Below, piece after piece: positions 38,101-46,991 of a stretch of 64,000 nucleotides of DNA. Both the position numbers and the translations under genes were made by a program. Numbering within the stretch: position 1 is the first letter of the stretch; each line of letters opens with the position of its first letter. Source of the DNA: Candidatus Poribacteria bacterium (lineage in GTDB: Bacteria; Poribacteria; WGA-4E; JAJDTR01); NCBI GenBank assembly GCA_965232235.1, contig OZ246960.1, positions 2,918,536 through 2,982,535 of the forward strand, given 5' to 3'. The notes under the pieces were generated by a model. The model was not told the DNA's origin. It saw only the letters and a list, made by a program, of their open reading frames with translations, and ran no database searches.

Positions 38101-38215
38101 GTGCTACCACACCGGTAGGTGCGATCAAGTGACCGAATAGGATCCAACGAGTGAATAGCGAGTGCGATAAGGATCCCTTTCTAACCGCACCGACACCCAA
38201 CACTTAACCACATTT
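38101..38215 (+). repeat. Repeat-family element: ~1.5 core units + tail
   Basis: GTGCTACCACACCGGTAGGTGC is followed by GATCAAGTGACCGAATAG, GGATCCAACGAGTGAATAGCGAGTGCGATAAGGATCC, then tail CTTTCTAACCGCACCGACACCCAACACTTAACCACATTT. The two GGATCC words (38140, 38171) can pair. Confidence 0.8.
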
Positions 38216-38293
38216 ACTTAGAAAATAAACCATTGAGTTTGTTGTCCTTAGTTTATTTGTGTGTGTCATGTCATCGCAGTTTTGGAGATTGTA

Positions 38294-39916
38294 ATGCGAG
38301 CAAACGAGGCGGTTGCGAAAATACTGAAACTTGAAGGAGTCGAATATCTTTTCTGTTTTCCTGCAAACGACCTGATTGAGGCGTGTGCAAAAGTTGACAT
38401 CCGTCCAATCATGACGAGGACCGAGCGCACGTTAATCAACATGGCGCACGGCTATAGTCTTGTATCCAATGGCAAGCGAATTGGGGTTGGATGTGTGCAA
38501 GGGGGCCCCGGAAGCGAGAATGCGTTCGCAGGCGTTGCCCACGCTTTCGCGGATTCTGCACCTGTTCTCATGCTGCCTGGCGGAATTCCCCAATCGGAAC
38601 GGAGTATTCCACCGGGGTTTGAGTCAATCAGGCACTATGGCGGAATTACCAAGTGGGTGGCGGAAGTCAACATGGCGGAACGTACCCCGAATATGATGCA
38701 TCGAGCATTTCACCTGCTTCGATCAGGACAACCGGGCCCAGTGATGCTTGAGATTCCAAGTAATGTCATGAGCGATGATGTAGACGACGATTTTGAGTAT
38801 AAGCCGCCGAAACCTGCTAAACCCGCGGCAAATCCGGACGATATCACAGCCGCAGTTAATGCGCTGCTTGCATCCGAGAATCCTCTGCTTCACGTGGGAC
38901 AAGGCACGCTTTACGCGGAAGCAACTGACGAACTCGTTGAATTCGCGGAGCTGCTTCAGATTCCTGTAATGACTACCATGGCTGGCAAGAGCGCATTTCC
39001 GGAGAGTCATCCGCTATCAATCGGTGCAAGCGGATATAAAGGCGTGAAACGCGTCGCGCCGTTCCTTGACAGAGCTGACCTCGTCTTCGGACTCGGATCC
39101 GGATTCTCCACACAGGTGATGTGCACGAACATTCCACCCGGCAAAATCCTTGTTCAGAACTCCATTAGCGAAACCGACATCAGCAAGGAATACTTAATCG
39201 ACTACCCGATCCTTGGGGACGCGAAACTGGTGTTACGTCAACTAATTGATGAGGTCAAACGTCAAGGCGGTGGGGAAAATGGTAACCCGAAACTTGTTCA
39301 AGAAATCAAGACCGTCAAGGACAAATGGCTTGAGATGTGGATGCCGAAACTTACCTCGGACGAGGTGCCAATCAACCCCTATCGAGTGATTTGGGATTTG
39401 ATGAACACAGTCGATCGCACAAAGACGATGGTCACTCACGACTCCGGGAATCCACGCGATCAGATGTTGCCGTTTTACCAATCAATTATTCCACACGGCT
39501 ACATTGGTTGGGGAAAATCGACCCAGCTGGGATTTGGCTTGGGCTTAATCATGGGGGCAAAACTTGCCGCGCCGCAAAACTTGGCTGTCAACATAATGGG
39601 CGATGCAGCGTTTGGTATGGCGGGAATGGACTTTGAGACTGCTGCACGGGAGCGCATCCCCATTCTGACAATCATCCTCAACAACTCCGCGCTAGGCAAT
39701 TATAAATCCTACATGCCGGTTTCGACAGAACGATACGGTACACCGTACCTTTCCGGCGATTACGCGAAAGTTGCCGAGGGTTTGGGCGGCTACAGCGAGC
39801 GAGTCGAAGACCCAGCCGAGATTATTCCGGCAATCAATCGAGCACAGAAAGAGATGGAAGCCGAAAAGCCCGCATTGCTTGAGATAATAACGCGAGAGGA
39901 AGGAGAATTCTCTTAA
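38294..39916 (+). CDS. Thiamine-diphosphate-dependent enzyme (acetolactate synthase-like family; substrate unassigned)
   Basis: GGAGA lies 5 nt before ATG 38294 (the ORF is listed from 38261). It has three-domain ALS-like length and the ThDP motif GDAAFGMAGMDFETAARERIPILTIILNN. Confidence 0.8.
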   Translation: MRANEAVAKILKLEGVEYLFCFPANDLIEACAKVDIRPIMTRTERTLINMAHGYSLVSNGKRIGVGCVQGGPGSENAFAGVAHAFADSAPVLMLPGGIPQSERSIPPGFESIRHYGGITKWVAEVNMAERTPNMMHRAFHLLRSGQPGPVMLEIPSNVMSDDVDDDFEYKPPKPAKPAANPDDITAAVNALLASENPLLHVGQGTLYAEATDELVEFAELLQIPVMTTMAGKSAFPESHPLSIGASGYKGVKRVAPFLDRADLVFGLGSGFSTQVMCTNIPPGKILVQNSISETDISKEYLIDYPILGDAKLVLRQLIDEVKRQGGGENGNPKLVQEIKTVKDKWLEMWMPKLTSDEVPINPYRVIWDLMNTVDRTKTMVTHDSGNPRDQMLPFYQSIIPHGYIGWGKSTQLGFGLGLIMGAKLAAPQNLAVNIMGDAAFGMAGMDFETAARERIPILTIILNNSALGNYKSYMPVSTERYGTPYLSGDYAKVAEGLGGYSERVEDPAEIIPAINRAQKEMEAEKPALLEIITREEGEFS

Positions 39917-40142
39917 AAACCCGTCCACGGCACATCCCGTGCAACTCTCTGGTAATGATGGCGATTCATGACTAGGATAGCCATCATTATCAACCTGTCC
40001 TCGCATCAAACTTTGTCAATCAGCCTATCGATAATCAGCCACCCCTCCCAAAGTAAACAGATAAATCGATCCGACCGGTTCGCGTAGAAATTCTATCTGG
40101 AATTCTGATTATTGGAATGAAAACAAGATAGGGAGATTAACA

Positions 40143-40622
40143 GTGAAATGGCTGACGGTTCTTTTACTGGTTGGAATAAGCTGTTCTTACGGCGCATGTG
40201 CTCCGCGCGCTTCCGTGGATCCCCCTGATGCGGCAGTAGCCCATTTTAATTGGGGAATAGACTACGCAAATAAAGGCGATCTGGACCAGTCAATAACCGA
40301 GTTCAAACTGGCTATCAAGCGAGACGTTAGGTGGGCAAAACCCTACTACAATTTGGGCGTAGCATACAGCCTGCAAGAAAAATGGAATCATGCAATTTTC
40401 GCTTGGAAAAGAACTGTCTACATTGATCCCGGTTATGCTAGTGCACATTACAATCTTGCCCGCGCATACGCGCGCGGAAATCATCGCGACCTATCAATAA
40501 CACACCTTCGTGATGCGGTCTCTCATGATAAGGAACTTATCAAGGCAATTCAAACTGACCAAAATTTTGACACGATTCGTGAAAGCCAAGAATTTCGAGA
40601 GTTCATCCGTTCGATTCAATAG
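40143..40622 (+). CDS. TPR-repeat protein (secreted or lipoprotein)
   Basis: Signal peptide. Three TPR-like units with the ..A..YNLG.AY.. pattern are visible (YYNLGVAY, HYNLARAY). Confidence 0.75.
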   Translation: MKWLTVLLLVGISCSYGACAPRASVDPPDAAVAHFNWGIDYANKGDLDQSITEFKLAIKRDVRWAKPYYNLGVAYSLQEKWNHAIFAWKRTVYIDPGYASAHYNLARAYARGNHRDLSITHLRDAVSHDKELIKAIQTDQNFDTIRESQEFREFIRSIQ

Positions 40623-40661
40623 CACTCGTTTTTAGTCCCAAGTGTCCAACAAAAGAGTCCG

Positions 40662-43391
40662 ATGCAACTGAATCAGTCAGAAAAAAGGTTCAATCTAATC
40701 CTCACAATCACTCTAACGCTGATTGTCGGTGTTCAGGCTGGCGGAGCACAAACAGAATCCGCCAGGAATCAACGCGAGCAGTTGATTGAAGATTTTGCGC
40801 AGCGTGCGACCGCGACTCTTAAAGGACAAGTGATCTGGAAAAACAAAGATCTTTCCCAAACAACCGTGCAGGTTTACAGAGATAAGACATTGACCAATTT
40901 GTACACCGGTGTTACCAAAATTGAAGGTGGACGCTTTTCCATAAAGGTTGAACCGGGTAGCTATTATGTTGTAGCTTTCGTTGACGTGAACAGGTCAGGG
41001 AAATTCGACGATGGAGACGGAATGGGAATTTTGGGAATTGCGGATTGGCGCAATACTGGTCAACAGAAGCAGTTGCTCAAGGTTGGCCCGCAACAGACTG
41101 TTTCCGGGCTGATGATTCACGTGACAGCGAGAAATCAAAGGGGGAAAATCGTTAGTGCGCAGCACTATCGGCCGGATCCAATCGACCAGTTCAGGTCAGA
41201 ACTTGAACAATCCTCTTCTGGCGTTAATGGAAGTATCAGTTATGCCACTCGCGCTTCTGTTGAAAAAACCTCTATACGCGCCTATACGGATCTTTCTTGG
41301 AAATACCTGGCAGCGAAATCCGGCGTTGGGGGTGATGGGAGTTTCACTCTTCATTTGAAGCCCGGTAAATATTATTTGATGGTCATTATTGATTGGAACG
41401 ATTCGAATCTTATTGATCACGGGGATTGGTTGGGTATCCACGGAATAAGGAGCCTACAAAATCGGAAGGCGTTTCCCGAACCCATTCTGGTCGCCGCCAA
41501 TAAATTCACGGAAGGCGTCCAAATTCAGATTTCAGGAAAGCAGCTTGAAAGCGGTCGAGTCGTCCCACTTGTTGACGCCGATCCTGATTCGTCTCCCTTG
41601 AATGACAACATTATCGAAGTCTCTGGAAAAGTCTTATGGCGTGGCCGTAATCTTGATGGCTGCGTCTTACAGGTCTATGTGCACCCCACCTTGATACGAC
41701 CTGTTCAGCAAGTGGGAGTTGAGGCGGACGGCAACTTCAAGCTTCAACTGCGTCCGGGAGATTATTATATGATAGCCAGCGTAGACGCGGACGGGAATGG
41801 TCAATACGGTTCCGGTGACGGAGTCGGCGGTTACGGTACGTTGGATATGTCAACTAGACCGCCTGCGGCACTTACCCTTAAGAATGGCGAAGATCCCAAA
41901 ATCGAAATTGTCGTGAGCGCGCAGTATGGCGTAGACGGGCAACTTAAGCCAATCGAGTCTAAACATAAAATTGTCCAATCCAGCGAAGCCGAGACAGGAC
42001 TATCGGGACGCATAATATGGGATGGCAAGGATTTCATGGGGGGTATCCTGTCACTCTCCGATACGCCGACTTTTAGCACTGTTATTCCGATAGCTCTCGA
42101 CTTGAAAGACGACGGCCGGTTTAAAGTGTCCGTTCCCCCGGGCGATTATTACGTAACAGCCGCTATCGATGTTGACGCAGATGGACAGACGGGTCTGAAG
42201 GATGGGGTTGGAGTCTATGGCACACGCCAACCCGTGCGCGGTAAACCGCAATTGGTTTCCGTGTTTGATGATTTTATTACTCCGCATATCGACATAGAGA
42301 TATTCGCAATGTACGTTGATTCGGAAGGCAACATCGCCGAATTTGAGGATGGTCACCGTTCCGAAATCAAATATCAACATGGCAACCCCGACGACATTTT
42401 TCGATTTACCCGTTTTGGACGCGAACTTGAGGAGTGGTGCTATTGGACACTCGGACACCGTTTCACTTTTTCGCTCACTCCAACCGGTTGGAAATTACAC
42501 GACCAACAGGAGTTCGAACCACGGGTAAACCAGCAACAGCTCGCACAAGCGCAACATGAGCTTGAGGGCGCAGAAAAGCCTTCTGATGTGCACATTGCTT
42601 TAGAATCGACCTCACTGAATGTCGCATTTTACTATAGTTACGATGGGATCATATGGGAATATCACCCAATGGGCGCGTTAAATCCAATAGGGGCGGGCAG
42701 TAACCCGACCGTTGCCCAGAATGGACGGATCGCCTACTTGGATACTGAAGGAAACGTGTTGGGGCAAAATGCCGGTTCTCGGGAATCGGGAGTGCTGTTG
42801 AACCGACAGGAACTGGCAAAGGAAGTCGTGATTTCTCCGGCAGGCGACTACATAGCGTTCACTCAGCAGCAAATTAATCGGCAGCGAATTGTTATCCGGC
42901 ATCTGGCCTCGAATAGCGTATTCCTTCTTCCTTCTACCGCGCAAGAGATGGGAACGCCAAGCTGGAGCCGCAATGGAGAAATCTTGGCATATAGCACACG
43001 TGGAAGTATTGAAAACGTAGATAGTACGGCAGGTCGAAATATCTTTGCGTATGATCGGGTCAACGAACGCGTAGAGCCGATTGTAATTGGTAATGAAGAT
43101 GATGCCGATCCTGCATGGTCACCATCTGATGCGAACCTTGTTGCATTCTCGCGTGCCGAAGGAAATCATCGCCAAATTTGGCTTATCAGATTCAATAGAC
43201 GAGGTGAATCGTCAGAGAACCAACTTACCCGGCACGGTGGCGAAAACCCGGTCTGGCTCCCGGATGGTTCCACAATCCTATACGAAAACAATGGTCAACT
43301 GTGGTTAATATCGCGCGATGGAGTCGATACCCGACCCGTTGTTCACAAAGGCCAAATAATGTATGGCAATGATCCATGCGTTGTTCCCTGA
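40662..43391 (+). CDS. Large secreted protein: four tandem ~135-aa beta-sandwich modules (DUF2141-like, tentative) + C-terminal TolB-like PD40 propeller
   Basis: Four paralogous modules end in (V/I)D.(N/D)..G..D.GD(G/W).G(I/Y/G).G (FVDVNRSGKFDDGDGMGILG, IIDWNDSNLIDHGDWLGIHG, SVDADGNGQYGSGDGVGGYG, AIDVDADGQTGLKDGVGVYG). C-terminal PD40-like motifs: PSWSRNGEILAYS, PAWSPSDANLVAFS, NPVWLPDGSTILYE. Confidence 0.7.
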   Translation: MQLNQSEKRFNLILTITLTLIVGVQAGGAQTESARNQREQLIEDFAQRATATLKGQVIWKNKDLSQTTVQVYRDKTLTNLYTGVTKIEGGRFSIKVEPGSYYVVAFVDVNRSGKFDDGDGMGILGIADWRNTGQQKQLLKVGPQQTVSGLMIHVTARNQRGKIVSAQHYRPDPIDQFRSELEQSSSGVNGSISYATRASVEKTSIRAYTDLSWKYLAAKSGVGGDGSFTLHLKPGKYYLMVIIDWNDSNLIDHGDWLGIHGIRSLQNRKAFPEPILVAANKFTEGVQIQISGKQLESGRVVPLVDADPDSSPLNDNIIEVSGKVLWRGRNLDGCVLQVYVHPTLIRPVQQVGVEADGNFKLQLRPGDYYMIASVDADGNGQYGSGDGVGGYGTLDMSTRPPAALTLKNGEDPKIEIVVSAQYGVDGQLKPIESKHKIVQSSEAETGLSGRIIWDGKDFMGGILSLSDTPTFSTVIPIALDLKDDGRFKVSVPPGDYYVTAAIDVDADGQTGLKDGVGVYGTRQPVRGKPQLVSVFDDFITPHIDIEIFAMYVDSEGNIAEFEDGHRSEIKYQHGNPDDIFRFTRFGRELEEWCYWTLGHRFTFSLTPTGWKLHDQQEFEPRVNQQQLAQAQHELEGAEKPSDVHIALESTSLNVAFYYSYDGIIWEYHPMGALNPIGAGSNPTVAQNGRIAYLDTEGNVLGQNAGSRESGVLLNRQELAKEVVISPAGDYIAFTQQQINRQRIVIRHLASNSVFLLPSTAQEMGTPSWSRNGEILAYSTRGSIENVDSTAGRNIFAYDRVNERVEPIVIGNEDDADPAWSPSDANLVAFSRAEGNHRQIWLIRFNRRGESSENQLTRHGGENPVWLPDGSTILYENNGQLWLISRDGVDTRPVVHKGQIMYGNDPCVVP

Positions 43392-44728
43392 TGACACGAC
43401 GACTCTGGCGTGCACGTAAAAATATGATTTCACTCAATCGCGTGTCAATGGTCCTAATATACTCGCTAATGTCAGTGGCGAACGCCGGTTTCACGCAATG
43501 GCTGCTTGTGCCCATGGACCAAGTTCAAACCAATCATCTCAAAGCATACGGCTTGACCTACTGGACACTCGAAGCGCCGCGAGAATACAATGCGAAGTGG
43601 CTGCTAAACTATCGCGGCGGTGCGTTTCTTCTAATCGATTCGCCTGATGTACAAGCCAAAGCACAGCAAATGGGCGTCAGTTTTGAGCCCATCTCCAATC
43701 TAGAATACGGCGGTATTCAAGCAACGATGGAGGGCAACAACATGGACGAAATCCTTCTGGAGAAAGCGCCGAAAATCGCTGTCTATGCACCACCCGATAA
43801 TACCCCATATCGCGATCCGTGGGATGATGCGGTGAAGCTCGCGCTGAACTATGCGCAAATACCGTACGATAAAATTTGGGATGAACAAGTTGAAGCCGGA
43901 GTTTTATTGCTGGGCAAGTACGATTGGCTCCATTTGCACCATGAAGACTTCACCGGGCAACATGGAAAGTTTTACCGAGCTTTCAAGGGTGCGGTGTGGT
44001 ACCAACAGCGTGTGCGTTTGTTTGAAGAAGCCGCTGCCAAAGCCGGATTTAATCGTGTGCCGGCTCACAAGGGATTCATATCCCAACGAATCCAAGATTA
44101 TGTGGTTGGTGGAGGATTCATTTTTGCAATGTGTTCTGCGCCTGAAACACTAGACATCGCGTGTGCGACGGGAGCAGGACGCGTCGACATTGTTGAACCG
44201 GAGTTGGATGGCACGCCGCTACAACCGAATTATCAAGCAGAGCTGGATTTTGAGCGAACCTTCGCATTCGAGAAATTCATGCTTTACACGAATCCAAATA
44301 GATATGAGTTTTCCGATATAGACAATCCTCAGCCTGACCATAACCCGCTATCGGGCGTTGAAGACTTCATTCTGTTTGAATTCGCCGCCAAGCACGATCC
44401 GATACCTACAATGCTCACACAGAATCATGTGAGTAGGGTGCGCGGTTTCCTAGGACAAACTACGTCCTTCAACAAAGCCACCATTCGCGATACCGTGACG
44501 ATTCTCGGTGAAATTGAGGGCAGCCGATATGCGAAGTACATCCACGGAAAATTGGGGAAGGGTACCTTCACTTTTCTCGGAGGGCACGATCCGGAAGATT
44601 ACAGGCATACCGTTGGCGAGGGCAGAATCCCCACCAACCTCGATCTCCATAAACACTCACCGGGGTATCGACTCCTTTTAAACAACATACTATTTCCGGC
44701 TGCAAAAAAGAAGCCGCAAAAAACGTGA
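43391..44728 (+). CDS. Hypothetical secreted protein (possibly class-I glutamine-amidotransferase-like fold)
   Basis: ATG 43391 overlaps the upstream stop (TGATGA). It has a signal-like N-terminus. The pattern PKIAVYAP..WDDAVKLAL..YDWLHLHHEDFTGQ..GGGFIFAMCSAPE suggests a GATase1/ThuA-like sheet. No firm family call. Confidence 0.5.
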   Translation: MTRRLWRARKNMISLNRVSMVLIYSLMSVANAGFTQWLLVPMDQVQTNHLKAYGLTYWTLEAPREYNAKWLLNYRGGAFLLIDSPDVQAKAQQMGVSFEPISNLEYGGIQATMEGNNMDEILLEKAPKIAVYAPPDNTPYRDPWDDAVKLALNYAQIPYDKIWDEQVEAGVLLLGKYDWLHLHHEDFTGQHGKFYRAFKGAVWYQQRVRLFEEAAAKAGFNRVPAHKGFISQRIQDYVVGGGFIFAMCSAPETLDIACATGAGRVDIVEPELDGTPLQPNYQAELDFERTFAFEKFMLYTNPNRYEFSDIDNPQPDHNPLSGVEDFILFEFAAKHDPIPTMLTQNHVSRVRGFLGQTTSFNKATIRDTVTILGEIEGSRYAKYIHGKLGKGTFTFLGGHDPEDYRHTVGEGRIPTNLDLHKHSPGYRLLLNNILFPAAKKKPQKT

Positions 44729-44887
44729 AATGTGATTTGGGCAATCATAGGAATTGCGGATTTGCACTCCGGGCCGTGTTCGATAGAGAGCGATTTGTAA
44801 TCGCGTGACCTCATACCGTTTGAAGAGGCTATTCTCTCCGCGCTCCGCCGTTATTCTTGTGTACTTTGGGTTTTTCGCGACTGCACT

Positions 44888-46990
44888 ATGAAACTTGCTA
44901 CATTGGCAACCTGCAATCTCAACCAGTGGGCACTTGACTACAGTGGTAATCTTGAGCGGATAATTGAATCCATACAAGTTGCCAAGAACAGAGGTGCTCG
45001 ATATCGATTGGGACCGGAACTCGAAATTCCGGGTTACGGTTGCGAGGACGCTTTTTTGGAAGATGACACCTTTCTCCATTCGTGGGAATGTCTTGGCGAA
45101 ATTCTTAAAGGTGACCTGACAGATAATATCCTCTGCGACACCGGCATGCCCGTTATGCACAAAAATGTGCGGTACAATTGCAGAGTCATCGTGTTAAACG
45201 GGAAGATTCTCTTTATACGTCCCAAACTAGTGCTTGCCGCCGATCGAAATTATCGAGAACCACGATGGTTCGTTCCTTGGCAATTACCCGGTAAATTGGA
45301 AGAACACTACCTACCAAGGATGATTCGGGAAATCACGGGGCAAGCTACAGTACCTTTTGGCGATGGCGCTATTGCCACGCGGGATACGGCCCTCGCGCCC
45401 GAAACCTGCGAGGAACTTTTCGCACCCAATAGCCCGCATGTCCATCTTGGTCTTGATGGGATCGAAATTTTCGCGAACGGATCGGGTTCGCATCACGAAC
45501 TAAGAAAGCTTAACCAGCGGGTAGACCTTATACGAAACGGCACATCGAAAAATGGAGGTGTCTATCTCTACTCCAATCAGAAGGGGTGCGATGGTGGACG
45601 CCTTTACTTCGACGGATGTGCGCTTATTGCGGTCAACGGGGAGGTTGTTGCACAAGGGGAGCAATTTTCGTTGCAAGATGTCGAAGTCGTTACTGCTACG
45701 GTGAACCTTGAGGATGTTCGGTCATACCGCGGTGCCATGGTTAGCCGATCCGTTCAAGCGAGTCAATCTCAGCCAATAACACGCATTGATGTAGATTTTG
45801 ATTTGACAGTGGATGAATATCGGCGTGCGCCTTCTGAGCCAACAAAAGTCCGATACCATCTCCCGGAAGAGGAGATTGCGTATGGGCCTAGTTGCTGGCT
45901 ATGGGATTACCTCAGGCGTTCTGGTGCGTGCGGTTATTTTCTGCCAATTTCCGGCGGATCCGATAGCTCGTCTGTAGCAATCATGGTTGGCTCAATGTGT
46001 CAGATGGTGGCGAATGAGGCGGCAAACGGAAATCAACAAGTTATTCTCGAAGTTCGCCGATTGATTGGAAAAGACGACACGGATTACATCCCGACAGACG
46101 CGCGCGAACTGGCAAACCGCCTCCTCTACACCTGCTATATGGGCACGAAAAATAGTTCCGAGGCGACACGAAGTCGTGCAAAGGCTTTAACGGATCAGAT
46201 TGGTTCGTTCCACTTGGATGCCAACATTGATTCTATAGTAACCTCTATGTTTGAACTCTTTGTACGCCTGACGGGAAAAGCGCCTCGATTTAAAGTTGAG
46301 GGAGGCATAGATGCCGAAAACGCCGCCTTACAGAATATTCAAGCGCGCTTGCGCATGGTATTATCCTATTTCTTGGCACAACTTTTACCGTGGGTGAGAG
46401 GCACGCAAGGAGGGTTGCTGGTATTGGGAACTGCCAATGTGGATGAGAGTTTGCGCGGCTACATGACTAAGTACGATTGCAGCAGCGCGGATATCAACCC
46501 GATTGGCGGCATTAGCAAAACAGATCTTCGTTCGTTTCTGCGATGGGCATCTGGAAATCTCGGATATACCGCCCTCACTGAAATCGTCGAAGCCCCGCCA
46601 ACCGCCGAATTGGAGCCGTTGACCGAGACACATGTACAGGAAGATGAAGCGGATATGGGTATGACTTACGCGGAACTCAGCCGTTTTGGCAGATTGCGGA
46701 AAATTCACCGATGCGGTCCGGTGAGCATGTTTGAAAAGCTTGTTCACGAGTGGACGCATCTCGCTCCCGGCGAAGTTGCTGTGAAAGTTAAGAGATTCTT
46801 CCGATATTATGCCATCAATCGTCACAAGATGACGACCCTTACTCCGTCGTATCACGCGGAATCCTATTCGCCGGACGACAATCGATTCGATCTTCGTCAG
46901 TTTCTCTACAATGTAAGATGGACGTGGCAATTCCAGAAAATGGATCAGCTTGTGGAAAAAATGCAGGAGAGAAACAGAACGCGGGATTAA
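44888..46990 (+). CDS. nadE: Glutamine-dependent NAD+ synthetase, long eukaryote-like (Qns1/NADSYN1-type) form
   Basis: The N-terminal CN-hydrolase domain is nearly collinear with yeast Qns1 ([38 protein letters not shown]). The C-terminal synthetase domain has the SGGSDSS P-loop. Confidence 0.9.
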   Translation: MKLATLATCNLNQWALDYSGNLERIIESIQVAKNRGARYRLGPELEIPGYGCEDAFLEDDTFLHSWECLGEILKGDLTDNILCDTGMPVMHKNVRYNCRVIVLNGKILFIRPKLVLAADRNYREPRWFVPWQLPGKLEEHYLPRMIREITGQATVPFGDGAIATRDTALAPETCEELFAPNSPHVHLGLDGIEIFANGSGSHHELRKLNQRVDLIRNGTSKNGGVYLYSNQKGCDGGRLYFDGCALIAVNGEVVAQGEQFSLQDVEVVTATVNLEDVRSYRGAMVSRSVQASQSQPITRIDVDFDLTVDEYRRAPSEPTKVRYHLPEEEIAYGPSCWLWDYLRRSGACGYFLPISGGSDSSSVAIMVGSMCQMVANEAANGNQQVILEVRRLIGKDDTDYIPTDARELANRLLYTCYMGTKNSSEATRSRAKALTDQIGSFHLDANIDSIVTSMFELFVRLTGKAPRFKVEGGIDAENAALQNIQARLRMVLSYFLAQLLPWVRGTQGGLLVLGTANVDESLRGYMTKYDCSSADINPIGGISKTDLRSFLRWASGNLGYTALTEIVEAPPTAELEPLTETHVQEDEADMGMTYAELSRFGRLRKIHRCGPVSMFEKLVHEWTHLAPGEVAVKVKRFFRYYAINRHKMTTLTPSYHAESYSPDDNRFDLRQFLYNVRWTWQFQKMDQLVEKMQERNRTRD

Positions 46991-46991
46991 G

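Noticed and set aside
44789-44806. Short hairpins without U-runs (GCGATT-tgta-AATCGC here; CCGAG-aggga-CTCGG near 61345; GCACC...GGTGC near 58664) as terminators.
   Set aside because: The stems are only 5-6 bp and lack a following T-tract, so they are not distinguishable from chance.
8610-46930. Numerous 60-190-aa ORFs antisense to or out of frame within long genes (for example 8610..9101, 20388..20840, 22823..23320, 24947..25441, 28305..28826, 34815..35378, 44690..45160, 46385..46930).
   Set aside because: They are shadow ORFs inside genes with strong family signatures. They show low-complexity or Arg/Ser/Pro-rich translations and have no RBS.
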